NCBI GenBank assembly: GCA_963666345.1
Contig: OY762721.1
Coordinates: 160,001 to 224,000 of the forward strand
Length of the DNA: 64,000 nucleotides
From: Desulfatiglandales bacterium
GTDB taxonomy: Bacteria; Desulfobacterota; DSM-4660; Desulfatiglandales; Desulfatiglandaceae
Direction of reading: 5' to 3'
Part shown: positions 53,929 to 62,931 of the stretch, one piece after another
How positions within the stretch are numbered: the stretch's first letter is position 1
Layout: each line of letters begins with the position of its first letter
Program-made: the position numbers and the translations under genes
The notes under the pieces: model-generated
Seen by the model: only the letters and a program-made list of their open reading frames with translations
Databases searched by the model: none
What the model was told of the DNA's origin: nothing

Positions 53929-54324
53929 TTATTCCCACCTGTCACCCCTTTTGCGCATCTCTATATGCTCCTCCGCCCTCCCCTTTTCATTGAAAAAGGA
54001 ATTCAAAAACCAGCTGACAATGCTTATGACAAGAGATCCTATCACGGCAGGCCAGAAACCGTAAACCTCAAAGCCGGAAATCACCCCTGATGCCATTTTC
54101 AACAAAAGCGCGTTGATAACGAATGTGAAAAGACCCAGGCTTATGATATTTATCGGAAGTGTAAGGATTATGATGACAGGACGGAAAAAGGTATTAAGGA
54201 TACCCAGGATGGCAGCGGTGAAAAAGGCACTGAAAAAGCCGCTTACGATTATCCCGTCTATAAGGTATGAGGCAAACATTATGGAGGCGGCAAGCATAAA
54301 CCACCTTAGCAGGAGCCATTTCAT
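53929..54324 (-). CDS. 4-TM membrane protein, YvlD/DUF360 ('phage holin family')
   Basis: LN...RP....LTLPI...SLGLF..VINA motif. Start ATG 54324 after GAGAGG. Confidence 0.88.
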   Translation of the reverse strand: MKWLLLRWFMLAASIMFASYLIDGIIVSGFFSAFFTAAILGILNTFFRPVIIILTLPINIISLGLFTFVINALLLKMASGVISGFEVYGFWPAVIGSLVISIVSWFLNSFFNEKGRAEEHIEMRKRGDRWE

Positions 54325-54586
54325 GGTTTTTCCTCTCACAATATCCTTTTCCGTAATCGCTCCACCGGCATTCGGCCTTCAACTTCCGGCAAAAGCATTC
54401 ATAAAGCAAGTATTTAAACCAATAACTTAATGTCGACGGTTGAGCCCTGCATCCCGAATCCCCCTATTTTCGGATAAACACCGTCTAATAATATAAAAAA
54501 AAATAGTTTCTTCTCAAGCTGATAATTTCAAGTTATCATTTGGGCTGAGCGAAACCGACTTAAACCCCGGTTGTCAAGCAGGAGAT

Positions 54587-55342
54587 ATGAGAATGGATAA
54601 AGATATTAAAAAAGGCGCGGAATTTATCGAAAATTCAAAGAATATCATGGTCTTTTCCGGAGCGGGGCTTAGTACCGAATCAGGCATCCCGGATTTCAGA
54701 AGCCCCGGTGGGGTCTGGGACAGGTATGATCCTTCCGATTTCGATTTTCAAAATATAATATCTGACGAAAGAATAAGGGAAAGATATTGGCAAATGAGCA
54801 CTGAATTTTATGAAAGCATGAGGGACGCGAAACCGAACAAGGCACATATTGCCTTAAAAAAACTGGAAGATAAGGGGAAACTGTTGGCAATAGTGACTCA
54901 AAATATCGACAATCTTCACCAGAAAGCGGGAAATTCAATTGAAAGGATTATTGAACTCCATGGAAACGCCTTTTCCGTCTCATGCCTTGAATGCGGGAAA
55001 AGATACGCAAGGGATCAGATTCAGGAACGGATAAGAAACGGAGTGAAAATCCCCTATTGTGACGATTGCTCAGGGATACTTAAGCCCGACACCATCTCCT
55101 TCGGTCAAACCATGCCTGAGGATAAGATGACCCGGGCATTCATTTGTGCAGGCGAATGTGACCTTTGCATGGTCCTTGGCTCTTCACTCGTGGTTTACCC
55201 GGCCGCATCGGTGCCTGATTATGCCTTAAAAAGCGGGGCCAAAATTATGATTATCAACCGGGATAAAACCCCGTTGGACCCAAAAGCGGACATCGTGATC
55301 CATGAATCCGTGTCATACGCGCTTGTCCGGATGATTGGGTAG
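54587..55342 (+). CDS. cobB: Sir2 family NAD-dependent deacylase
   Basis: GAGLSTESGIPDFRS, TQNID.LH, ELHG, CxxC...CxxC and GSSL.VYPAA. Confidence 0.93.
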   Translation: MRMDKDIKKGAEFIENSKNIMVFSGAGLSTESGIPDFRSPGGVWDRYDPSDFDFQNIISDERIRERYWQMSTEFYESMRDAKPNKAHIALKKLEDKGKLLAIVTQNIDNLHQKAGNSIERIIELHGNAFSVSCLECGKRYARDQIQERIRNGVKIPYCDDCSGILKPDTISFGQTMPEDKMTRAFICAGECDLCMVLGSSLVVYPAASVPDYALKSGAKIMIINRDKTPLDPKADIVIHESVSYALVRMIG

Positions 55343-55401
55343 GATATTTTTTCTTGAAGTAGGAGAAAGATAACTCTAAAGTGTATTGTTAAGGTTTTAA
55401 A

Positions 55402-55518
55402 AATGCCTCACTCGCGATTACCCTGTGGCTTGTTGCACAGGGTTAGCCGGCGATAGCAAGGTAAACAAAAGGCCTTAAAATTTGGAGATTCCCCGCAGCT
55501 TCCAGCGGGGAGTTTTAA
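55402..55518. repeat. Double-hairpin palindromic element (REP/IS200-IS605-end-like)
   Basis: ACCCTGTG-GCTTGTTG-CACAGGGT (55420-55443) and TTCCCCGC-AGCTTCCA-GCGGGGAG (55489-55512), both with GCTT-containing loops. Confidence 0.45.
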
Positions 55519-55535
55519 TTTATCCGGAGGAAATT

Positions 55536-56651
55536 ATGCTCAAAATCGGTTTTATAGGGTGGAGGGGCATGGTCGGCTCGGTCCTCATGGAGCGGATGCG
55601 TGAAGAAAAGGATTTCAAGGACTTTGAGGCCACATTTTTTACCACCTCTAATGTGGGAGGTAAAGGACCTGAAACAGGGCTTATGATTCCGCCCCTCAAA
55701 GACGCCTTTGACATTAAGCTCCTTTCATCTCTGGATATCATCCTGTGCTGCCAGGGAGGAGACTACACCAAGAAGGTCTATCCTGAACTGCGTTCAAAGG
55801 GATGGAACGGCTACTGGATCGATTCGGCTTCCACCTTAAGACTCAGCCAGGATAGCATAATAGTCCTGGACCCTGTTAACAGATCCGTAATAGACAAAGG
55901 GCTCAGCTCCGGGATAAAGACATATGTCGGCGGGAACTGCACGGTAAGTCTTATGCTCATGGCCGTTTCCGGGTTATTCGCCTCCGGACATGTGGAATGG
56001 GTCTCTTCGATGACCTACCAGGCGGCCTCAGGTGCCGGGGCAAAAAACATGAAGGAGCTTGCCGAGCAGATGTCTCTGATAGGCCGGGTCGCCCGGCCGT
56101 TTCTGGATGACCCCGCTTCCACCGCAATTGAAATAGACAGGGCCGTAACTGAAAGCATGAGGCAGGCGGACTTTCCTACAGACAATTTTTCAGCCCCGCT
56201 TGCAGGAAGTGTACTGCCCTGGATCGATTCTCAAATGGAATCGGGCCAGACACGAGAAGAGTGGAAGGGATCTGTTGAGACGAACAAGATACTTGGAAGT
56301 CAATCCCCCGTGCCGGTTGACGGGCTATGCGTCAGGGTGGGAGCAATGCGCTGTCACAGCCAGGCCCTTACCGTAAAACTGGATGCCGACCTGCCTGTTG
56401 ATGAGATAGAAGACATCATCAAAAAGGCAAACGACTGGGTACGTCTCATTGAAAACGACAAAAAATCAACCCTTGCACATCTTACACCTGCCGCCGTGTC
56501 CGGATCTCTGAACGTCCCGGTGGGAAGGATCAGGAAGATGCTCATGGGCCCTGAATATCTCGCCGCCTTCACTGTCGGCGATCAGCTTCTATGGGGTGCG
56601 GCTGAACCTGTTCGCAGGGTACTCAATATTATCATTGAGCATCTTCGCTAG
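55536..56651 (+). CDS. asd: Aspartate-semialdehyde dehydrogenase (E. coli-like type)
   Basis: IGWRGMVGSVLM, CQGG, WID, GGNCTVSLM, TYQAASGAGA and GDQLLWGAAEP. ATG 55536 after GGAGG. Confidence 0.96.
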   Translation: MLKIGFIGWRGMVGSVLMERMREEKDFKDFEATFFTTSNVGGKGPETGLMIPPLKDAFDIKLLSSLDIILCCQGGDYTKKVYPELRSKGWNGYWIDSASTLRLSQDSIIVLDPVNRSVIDKGLSSGIKTYVGGNCTVSLMLMAVSGLFASGHVEWVSSMTYQAASGAGAKNMKELAEQMSLIGRVARPFLDDPASTAIEIDRAVTESMRQADFPTDNFSAPLAGSVLPWIDSQMESGQTREEWKGSVETNKILGSQSPVPVDGLCVRVGAMRCHSQALTVKLDADLPVDEIEDIIKKANDWVRLIENDKKSTLAHLTPAAVSGSLNVPVGRIRKMLMGPEYLAAFTVGDQLLWGAAEPVRRVLNIIIEHLR

Positions 56652-56717
56652 CTTGCCGCATTCTTCACAGGGCTGTTGACAAATGTATATGTTTGATTAA
56701 TATAGCAACTGAGCCAT

Positions 56718-56815
56718 GGAAGTGGAAAGCTCACTGGTGGGGCTCCCGGACTTCAAATCCGGTGTGCCGGGCTAAACCCTCGGCAGGTGGGTTCGATTCC
56801 CATGCACTTCCGCCA
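56718..56815 (+). tRNA. selC: tRNA-Sec (anticodon TCA)
   Basis: GGAAGTG/CACTTCC acceptor, anticodon arm CCGGA-CTTCAAA-TCCGG, long variable arm TGCCGGG...CTCGGCA, T arm, G73 and CCA. TTGACA promoter-like site upstream. Confidence 0.95.
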
Positions 56816-56826
56816 AAAAAAACTCG

Positions 56827-56864
56827 AAAAGGCCCTGCAACCTCATTTAGCCGCAAGGCCTTTT
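56827..56864. terminator. Bidirectional terminator between selC and iorB
   Basis: AAAAGGCC.TGC...GCAAGGCCTTTT inverted repeat between convergent genes. Confidence 0.65.
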
Positions 56865-56875
56865 ATTCCGACCTT

Positions 56876-57496
56876 CTATTTTCTGACCATATTCACCCCG
56901 ATGTCAAAGGCCTCCAGGTTCACTGCGATCTTATCAGGTGACATCTTCCTTAACAGCACCGATTCGAAGCACTCACGGTCCAGGGGGAGAACCTTTGTTG
57001 CGGCTAGGGCGCCCACGGATATTATGTTACCGAAAATGGGATTTCCCAGCTTGAGGGCCTCTTCGGTGGCACCGATAAACCAGGCATTGAGACTCAGTAC
57101 CCCAACCCATTCCCTTATCTCTTTTAGAGCTGGACATGTCTGTTCCCCGGAGATGACCCCTATGGAGTGGATCGGCCTTGTATTGCAAAGGACCCCCACT
57201 TTCGGGTTTCCGTAATCCCTCAGGACCCGTATTGCTTCGGTCGGCTCAAGGGCCACGATCATATGTGCCCTGCCCTTCGGCATCTGGGGAGAAAAGATTG
57301 AGGCAGCGGAGATCCTCAGGTGGCTCATGACCGAGCCGCCCCGCTGCGAGGCCCCGAAGGTTTCACCGATGGTCACATAAAACCCGCGTCGGGACAGCAT
57401 GTCTCCCACCATCCTGGAGGCAAGGACGTTACCCTGGCCTCCTACACCAGCGATAATAAGGTTGTAGGGATCGCTTTTAAGCTGTGCGTTTTCCAT
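56876..57496 (-). CDS. iorB: Indolepyruvate:ferredoxin oxidoreductase beta subunit
   Basis: IAGVGGQGNVLASR, ETFGASQRGGSVMSHLR, ALEP.EA.R and N..AF..G. Confidence 0.9.
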   Translation of the reverse strand: MENAQLKSDPYNLIIAGVGGQGNVLASRMVGDMLSRRGFYVTIGETFGASQRGGSVMSHLRISAASIFSPQMPKGRAHMIVALEPTEAIRVLRDYGNPKVGVLCNTRPIHSIGVISGEQTCPALKEIREWVGVLSLNAWFIGATEEALKLGNPIFGNIISVGALAATKVLPLDRECFESVLLRKMSPDKIAVNLEAFDIGVNMVRK

Positions 57497-57499
57497 TTC

Positions 57500-59443
57500 T
57501 TAGGCAACCTCCCTTTTTTCGATGGCCCCTGACGGGCAGATGGAGGCACAAACGCCGCACCCGGCGCAGATAACCTCGTCTATCCCGGCCGTCTTTTTCT
57601 CACTGTCCCATACCAGACCCGGACACTTTAGAACCCTTGTGCACAGCCGGTTGCACCCGCAGTTCTCACCGATGCAGACTTTTTCATTCACCCACATATC
57701 GAACATCTTTTTGCCCTTCTTTTCAGGGCTCAGGGCACAGATCTGCCTGAGGATGACGACCTTGACACCTTTATCATCCTCCAGCGTTTCCAGCAGGGTC
57801 TCCTGTGTTTTTTCCATATCAAAGGGGTCCACGACCCAGACCTTTGCGCCCATTGCCTCGCAGAGCCCCTGTATGTCAATATCCGGGACTTCTTCTCCGC
57901 ACGCATTGACCTTAAGACCCGGATGGGCCTGAAAACCGGTCATTGCCGTTCCGCGGTTGTCAAGGACCACGAGGGTGATATTAGCCCTGTTATGGACGGC
58001 GTTCACCAGAGCGGGCATGACCGCATGAAAAAATGTGGAATCGCCGCACACAGAGACGATGGGCTGGTCCATGCCAAAGCCATCGAGTTTGCCGAATCCG
58101 CTGGCAAGGCCGGTCCCGCATCCCATGGCATGCAGTGTCTTGAGGGTTTCAAAACCGCTGGCCCCGGCGGCCAGGGAATAGCAGCCGATATCACCGCACA
58201 TGAAACCCTCCCGGTTGTCAATACTGAGCGCCTTATGGATGTTCCAGAAGGATGCCCTGTGAGGGCATCCGGGGCAGAACGTCAATGCCCGGTCCGGCGC
58301 CCCCTGGACAGCAATCTCCTGTGCCCTTTTTGCGTAGTCCTCGGAAACACTTTTATATGGGACATCCAGGATCTTTGAAAGGGCACCCACTAAAAGGTCG
58401 GGATTAAGTTCGTTTGTTGTGGGAAGGGTGCCGTCGTGCTTGCCGTGAAATGTTTTGATCCCGATCTTTGGGGCAATCCGCGCGGCAAGGGCCTCGATAT
58501 TGTCCTCTAAAAAGGGAAGCACCTCTTCCACTATCAGTACTCTTTCAGTAATGGACAGGTATTTCGTGAGTAAACGGTCGGGAAGAGGCCACGTGGTACC
58601 CAGTTTAAGAAGACCCACCCTGTCATCGACCCCGAGCAGATGGATCGCCTCCTTGCTGTAAAGCGTGCAGGCGGAGCTGGTGATAAGGAGGAGTTCGGGT
58701 GCCTCCGGCCCGGTGTAGGTGTTAAAAGAAGAATCCTCCATAAATTTTGCGGCCATACGGAGTCTCTCCTGCTGACGGGCATGAAGGGGGCCCACCATGC
58801 CCGGAAGATTAATTATGGGCCCCTTCATCTGATCCAGGAAGGCCCCGTTGTAGCGGAAGCGGGCCTCCGCCTTCACGGTGGGAAGTTCTCCCAGGACCAC
58901 GTTCCCGCTGGCATGGGAGAGCCTGGTCACGCTCCTCACCATCACCACGTTTCTTATCTCTTCCGAGAGCTCAAAGGCCCACTTGGTCATGTCCTTGGCC
59001 TCCTGGAAGCCCCCGGGCTCCAGGAGAGGAAATTCCATCATCTTTGCGTAGTACCTGGATTCTCCTTCGTTGGTGCTTGAAAGGGCCCCAGGATCTTCGC
59101 ATGATACCAGGACCATCCCTCCCCTCGTACCCGACTGGGCCAAGTGGAGCAGAAAGTCCGCGGCCACGTTCACGCCGACCTGCTTCATGACGGCAAGGGA
59201 GCGCAGACCCGCAAAGGAGCCTGCAGCGGCCACTTCTGTCGCCACCTTTTCATTTACCGACCATTCCACATAGATATTCCTCTCTTGAGAGACCCTTGAG
59301 AGGTTTTCGATGATTTCGGACGAAGGTGTCCCGGGATACCCGGCCGCCACGCTGATTCCCGCCTCAAGAGCCCCCTGGGCGATGGCGTCGTTCCCCATCA
59401 TCAGGAGCCTTTCCCCCTTTTCCGCCTGTAATAGGATAGGCAT
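57500..59443 (-). CDS. iorA: Indolepyruvate:ferredoxin oxidoreductase alpha subunit
   Basis: GNDAIAQG, YPGTPSSEI, EWSVNEKVA, CPGCPHR, GDIGCY, TPP motif GDSTFFH...LDN..TAMTG, C-terminal ferredoxin CAGCGVCASICP. Confidence 0.92.
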   Translation of the reverse strand: MPILLQAEKGERLLMMGNDAIAQGALEAGISVAAGYPGTPSSEIIENLSRVSQERNIYVEWSVNEKVATEVAAAGSFAGLRSLAVMKQVGVNVAADFLLHLAQSGTRGGMVLVSCEDPGALSSTNEGESRYYAKMMEFPLLEPGGFQEAKDMTKWAFELSEEIRNVVMVRSVTRLSHASGNVVLGELPTVKAEARFRYNGAFLDQMKGPIINLPGMVGPLHARQQERLRMAAKFMEDSSFNTYTGPEAPELLLITSSACTLYSKEAIHLLGVDDRVGLLKLGTTWPLPDRLLTKYLSITERVLIVEEVLPFLEDNIEALAARIAPKIGIKTFHGKHDGTLPTTNELNPDLLVGALSKILDVPYKSVSEDYAKRAQEIAVQGAPDRALTFCPGCPHRASFWNIHKALSIDNREGFMCGDIGCYSLAAGASGFETLKTLHAMGCGTGLASGFGKLDGFGMDQPIVSVCGDSTFFHAVMPALVNAVHNRANITLVVLDNRGTAMTGFQAHPGLKVNACGEEVPDIDIQGLCEAMGAKVWVVDPFDMEKTQETLLETLEDDKGVKVVILRQICALSPEKKGKKMFDMWVNEKVCIGENCGCNRLCTRVLKCPGLVWDSEKKTAGIDEVICAGCGVCASICPSGAIEKREVA

Positions 59444-59446
59444 CTC

Positions 59447-60574
59447 TTATCCCTCCTGTTCTCCGACTATCTTCCGGACCACGTCTTCACTTATCCTGAG
59501 TACGGAATGGCGTTCCTTCTCACCGCTATTCAGAAACCCCTGCTCAATACACTTAATGAGGGATCTTTTTCGCTTTTTGGAGGCCGCAAAGGCAAGATGC
59601 GCCAGGCTCCGTTCCGGTATCTCTTTAGTCTGAAGCCAGCCCTCGGAAACCGCTTTTTCAACGATTTCATTCCCTTTTTCCGAACGTATGACAAGGATGT
59701 TCCACTCAGGTTCCCCTTCCAGCACACCCACCGAGATGTCGGCCCACTCCGAGGTCATATCGGGACACACAAGGCATCCTTGTGGGACTAGGGGCCGGAT
59801 TTCATCCAGGGGGATCTCAATGCGACCTTCATCCGTCTCAAGCACAAAGATCTCGGCAGGCGGGGGGGGTATGTCCATCTTCCTGATCCCGCTGATATCC
59901 AACCGTTTCGAAAGCATTGCTATGAGTTTGCGTGTGTCAAGAGCCCAGGTGCAGAACAGCCCCACCACCAGGGCAACCGGATCGACGAAGTCGGGCCGAT
60001 CCAGCGGGTTCAAGCGCATCTGTTCAATGGCGGTAACCTGGCAGGGCGTTCCGACAAACCCCATACGGGTGTAACCCTCACGCGCACCCCGGTTCACGGC
60101 CGCAACCGTAGGGGCGGCCATGTACTTGGAGCCGGCGAATTCCACCACCTCGCTTGCTCTGGTTGCGATTTTTGGGACAGGCACCAGCCCCTCCCGGTCC
60201 GTGAGGACCGCCGAGTCGATTATTGCGTTTTCCAGGGCAAATGACATTATAGCGGACACTGCCCCGCCCGCCTGGAAGGGACCCTCTGACATCCTGTCAC
60301 CGGCCCTGGCGGCAAACACCTTACTGTAATCGCCCAGGGCGCTCCCTTCATAGGGTTTGCCCCGAAGGTTCTCGGACAGTTGGTCGAGATCAACTTCGGC
60401 CTTGGGGCAATGCGCGTAGCACCTCCCCTGTTCAAGATCGCACGGGAAGATCATGGCGGTCTTGCCCCTGTATGTCTTGAAATAAGGGCACAGGTCCACG
60501 CACGCCCCGCAAGCTACGCACAAATCTCTTTCATGGATATCTTTCAGAAGCTCATTTGGTCCATAGATATGCAT
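59447..60574 (-). CDS. FrhB/FdhB family (F420 hydrogenase beta-like) Fe-S flavoprotein
   Basis: N-terminal CVACGACVDLCP...CYAHCP, QAGGAVSA, GSKY, GTPCQ, VGLFC and C..C.D....ADISVG. ATG 60574 after GGAGG. Confidence 0.87.
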   Translation of the reverse strand: MHIYGPNELLKDIHERDLCVACGACVDLCPYFKTYRGKTAMIFPCDLEQGRCYAHCPKAEVDLDQLSENLRGKPYEGSALGDYSKVFAARAGDRMSEGPFQAGGAVSAIMSFALENAIIDSAVLTDREGLVPVPKIATRASEVVEFAGSKYMAAPTVAAVNRGAREGYTRMGFVGTPCQVTAIEQMRLNPLDRPDFVDPVALVVGLFCTWALDTRKLIAMLSKRLDISGIRKMDIPPPPAEIFVLETDEGRIEIPLDEIRPLVPQGCLVCPDMTSEWADISVGVLEGEPEWNILVIRSEKGNEIVEKAVSEGWLQTKEIPERSLAHLAFAASKKRKRSLIKCIEQGFLNSGEKERHSVLRISEDVVRKIVGEQEG

Positions 60575-60828
60575 CTCAGGAAAACCTCCCAGGCTCCTTT
60601 TGGCTTGAAAAATAGAGCAATTATCCGGGCCACCCGGATCCATACATTTATTTACTGTTGTTGATTTGTACTTGAAAACCCTGACCTTCTTCAGTGTCCG
60701 CCTTAAGGCTTTAAAATAAAAGCATGCCAGTTGTATTCTTCAATAAAATGTTGATATATGAAAGTATGGATTATGGCAAGGGATGTTCGCCTTCAATCTG
60801 TTTCTTTGAATATATTGATATATTACAA

Positions 60829-61056
60829 GATTGCATTCGTAAAAAGTCAAGATTCACACGGCACAGTAAAAAGCTCCAAATGCAAGGATTGCACTTCCGG
60901 GAACCCGCTTCGAAGCAGTGGCACTGAGCAAGGCCCGGTGGGATTTGCGAAGAAGCTTGAGGAATAAGGCGTACTTATAGTACGACGCAATGACGAAAGA
61001 TGAAGCATAATCCCGCCCCCGATGCGGGACAGTTGGACTTCTTACGATGCCGTCAA
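60829..61056. mobile_element. Non-autonomous MITE-like palindromic element
   Basis: Imperfect terminal inverted repeats: left CACGGCACAGTAAAAAGCTCC (with a second end-like GATTGCATTCGTAAAAAGTC at 60829), right GGACTTCTTACGATGCCGTCAA. Internal CGTAC/GTACG hairpin. No transposase. Related end at 27083-27100. Confidence 0.55.
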
Positions 61057-61233
61057 CATTAATCAACCTGCTGTCTTAAAAATACTCTTCTGCAGATAAG
61101 TCCGCGTCGGCAGGATCGGTCCGTTTTATCTGAATATGCCTGACAACAATGATCTGTTATTGCTCCTGACGGAGGAAATATTTTGACTAGGCAAGGTTTA
61201 ACAACTATATTTGCTCCCAAGGAGCTCATAGCT

Positions 61234-62295
61234 ATGAATAAAAAATATGGATCAAGTTTTTTTCTCATACTTCTACTCTGTTCTCTCCTCCTGTTGATGG
61301 GGCTTTTCCAGACCTATATCTCGGCAATAGTCTTTGCCCTGCTCATTGCAAGTGTATTCAATCCGATGTACCTGAGGTTAAATAAATTTCTGGGGAACAG
61401 GGAAAACCTTGCGTCGGCCTCCATGCTGGTATTCATTCTACTTGTGCTCATTATTCCCACTGTATGGTTCGTTGGAACCCTCTCCAATGAGGCATATGAT
61501 TTTTATGACCGTACCCGCGATTCGGTTTCTCTTGCTCAGATAAAGGAGACGCTGAACAGCGATTCCATATGGGTTGAAAGGGCAAGAAATCTCTCGGAAA
61601 AGGCGGGGATCGAATTCACGCCTGAATCGATTGAAAAACTTGCGGCTGGCCTTGGAAAACAGGTGGGCTTTTTTCTCTATAAACAGTTGAGTTCCGTTGC
61701 GTCCAACCTGTTCAATTTTCTCATCCACTTTTTCATGATGATGTTTACCATCTTCTATCTGTTCCGTGACGGGGCAAGGTTAAGGGAGTATATTACCCGG
61801 CTTCTGCCTGTGCCTGAAGAGCAGGTGGCAAAGGTCATAAAAAAATTCAATGAAATGGGGAGTTCCCTTATTTTTGGAAACGGCATCTCAGGTATTGTTC
61901 AAGGGATACTCGGAGGTATAGGCTTTGCCGTTTTCGGCCTCGGTTCCCCCCTCCTCTGGGGTTCCGTACTCGCCTTCATGGCCTTTTTGCCTATAATCGG
62001 TGCCTCGATCGTCTTTTTCCCCGCCACGGCCATACTCGTTTTTCAAGGTAAGATGTCCGTGGCCATAACTTATCTGCTCTACAACATGGTCTACAGCTCT
62101 GTGATAGAATATATAATAAAACCCCGCCTGATCGGACGGGGCATGGAGTTAAACGCGCTGTTGGTTTTCATCGGAATAATCGGAGGAATAAAACTTTTTG
62201 GAATTCTGGGAATTATTTACGGTCCGTTTATCATAACCATTTTTCTAACCCTTGCAGAGATCTACAGGATTGAATACAAAGATCAGACAGGCTAG
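61234..62295 (+). CDS. AI-2E family transporter
   Basis: FYLFRDG, QG..GGIGF, LPIIGA, IKPRLIG and GGIKLFGILGIIYGP. Alternative TTG start at 61183. Confidence 0.92.
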   Translation: MNKKYGSSFFLILLLCSLLLLMGLFQTYISAIVFALLIASVFNPMYLRLNKFLGNRENLASASMLVFILLVLIIPTVWFVGTLSNEAYDFYDRTRDSVSLAQIKETLNSDSIWVERARNLSEKAGIEFTPESIEKLAAGLGKQVGFFLYKQLSSVASNLFNFLIHFFMMMFTIFYLFRDGARLREYITRLLPVPEEQVAKVIKKFNEMGSSLIFGNGISGIVQGILGGIGFAVFGLGSPLLWGSVLAFMAFLPIIGASIVFFPATAILVFQGKMSVAITYLLYNMVYSSVIEYIIKPRLIGRGMELNALLVFIGIIGGIKLFGILGIIYGPFIITIFLTLAEIYRIEYKDQTG

Positions 62296-62339
62296 GAAGT
62301 CGTCACCGAGGAAATATCTATCCAAAGGAGAGAACAGAG

Positions 62340-62834
62340 ATGGACCCCAAAAAGATGCTCCAAGATAAGAAAATTTTGATAGTTGATGATGAAGTGGATA
62401 TCCTTGAGTTTCTTGGAGAAATCCTGGATATGTGCGATATTGACAAGGCTTCGGAGTTTCATGAGGCAAAGAATCTTTTGGAATCAAATAGTTACGACGT
62501 CACCATCCTGGATATAATGGGAGTACGCGGATATGAGCTGCTGGAAATCGCCCAGGCCCGGGATATCCCCGCTCTCATGCTGACGGCCCATGCGATTTCA
62601 AAGGAAAATCTGAAAAAATCGGTTGAAAAGGGTGCAAGCTATTATGTCCCAAAAGACGAGATAAACAATATTGATATCTATCTTTCAGACATACTCGAGG
62701 CGAGGGAAAAGGGCAAAAATGTATGGATAAAATGGTATGAGCGCATGAGCGGCTTCTGCAACAGAAGGTTCGGGCCGGACTGGAGAGATGAAGAACCTGA
62801 ATTCTGGGACGTGTACCTGAAAAATGACTCCTGA
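62340..62834 (+). CDS. Response regulator receiver protein with Trp-rich C-terminal extension
   Basis: ILIVDDE, phospho-acceptor LDIMG, LTA and YVPK. No DNA-binding domain. Confidence 0.88.
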   Translation: MDPKKMLQDKKILIVDDEVDILEFLGEILDMCDIDKASEFHEAKNLLESNSYDVTILDIMGVRGYELLEIAQARDIPALMLTAHAISKENLKKSVEKGASYYVPKDEINNIDIYLSDILEAREKGKNVWIKWYERMSGFCNRRFGPDWRDEEPEFWDVYLKNDS

Positions 62835-62931
62835 GCTCATCGGCTTTAATAATTCCTCGCAAAGTGTATGTGGAAATATCCTGATTGTTTTTTTGCGATA
62901 ACCTTTTGAGAAGTGCAGGAGAGGATGAAAC

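Noticed and set aside
53929..54324. Prophage suggested by the 'phage holin family' protein
   Set aside because: YvlD/DUF360 proteins are common chromosomal membrane proteins. No endolysin, integrase or structural phage genes are in the window.
49160..54400. Genomic island integrated at tRNA-Val
   Set aside because: No integrase seen, and I found no duplicated tRNA 3' end by eye.
54587..55342. Sir2-based anti-phage defence
   Set aside because: It is a canonical zinc-binding CobB-type deacylase of about 250 aa with no defence partner domains or genes.
56693..56941. 82 aa ORF from the track
   Set aside because: It overlaps tRNA-Sec and the iorB 3' end; shadow ORF.
60724..61268. Several 67-70 aa ORFs in the track
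   Set aside because: They overlap the MITE-like element, have no recognisable motifs and are mutually overlapping.
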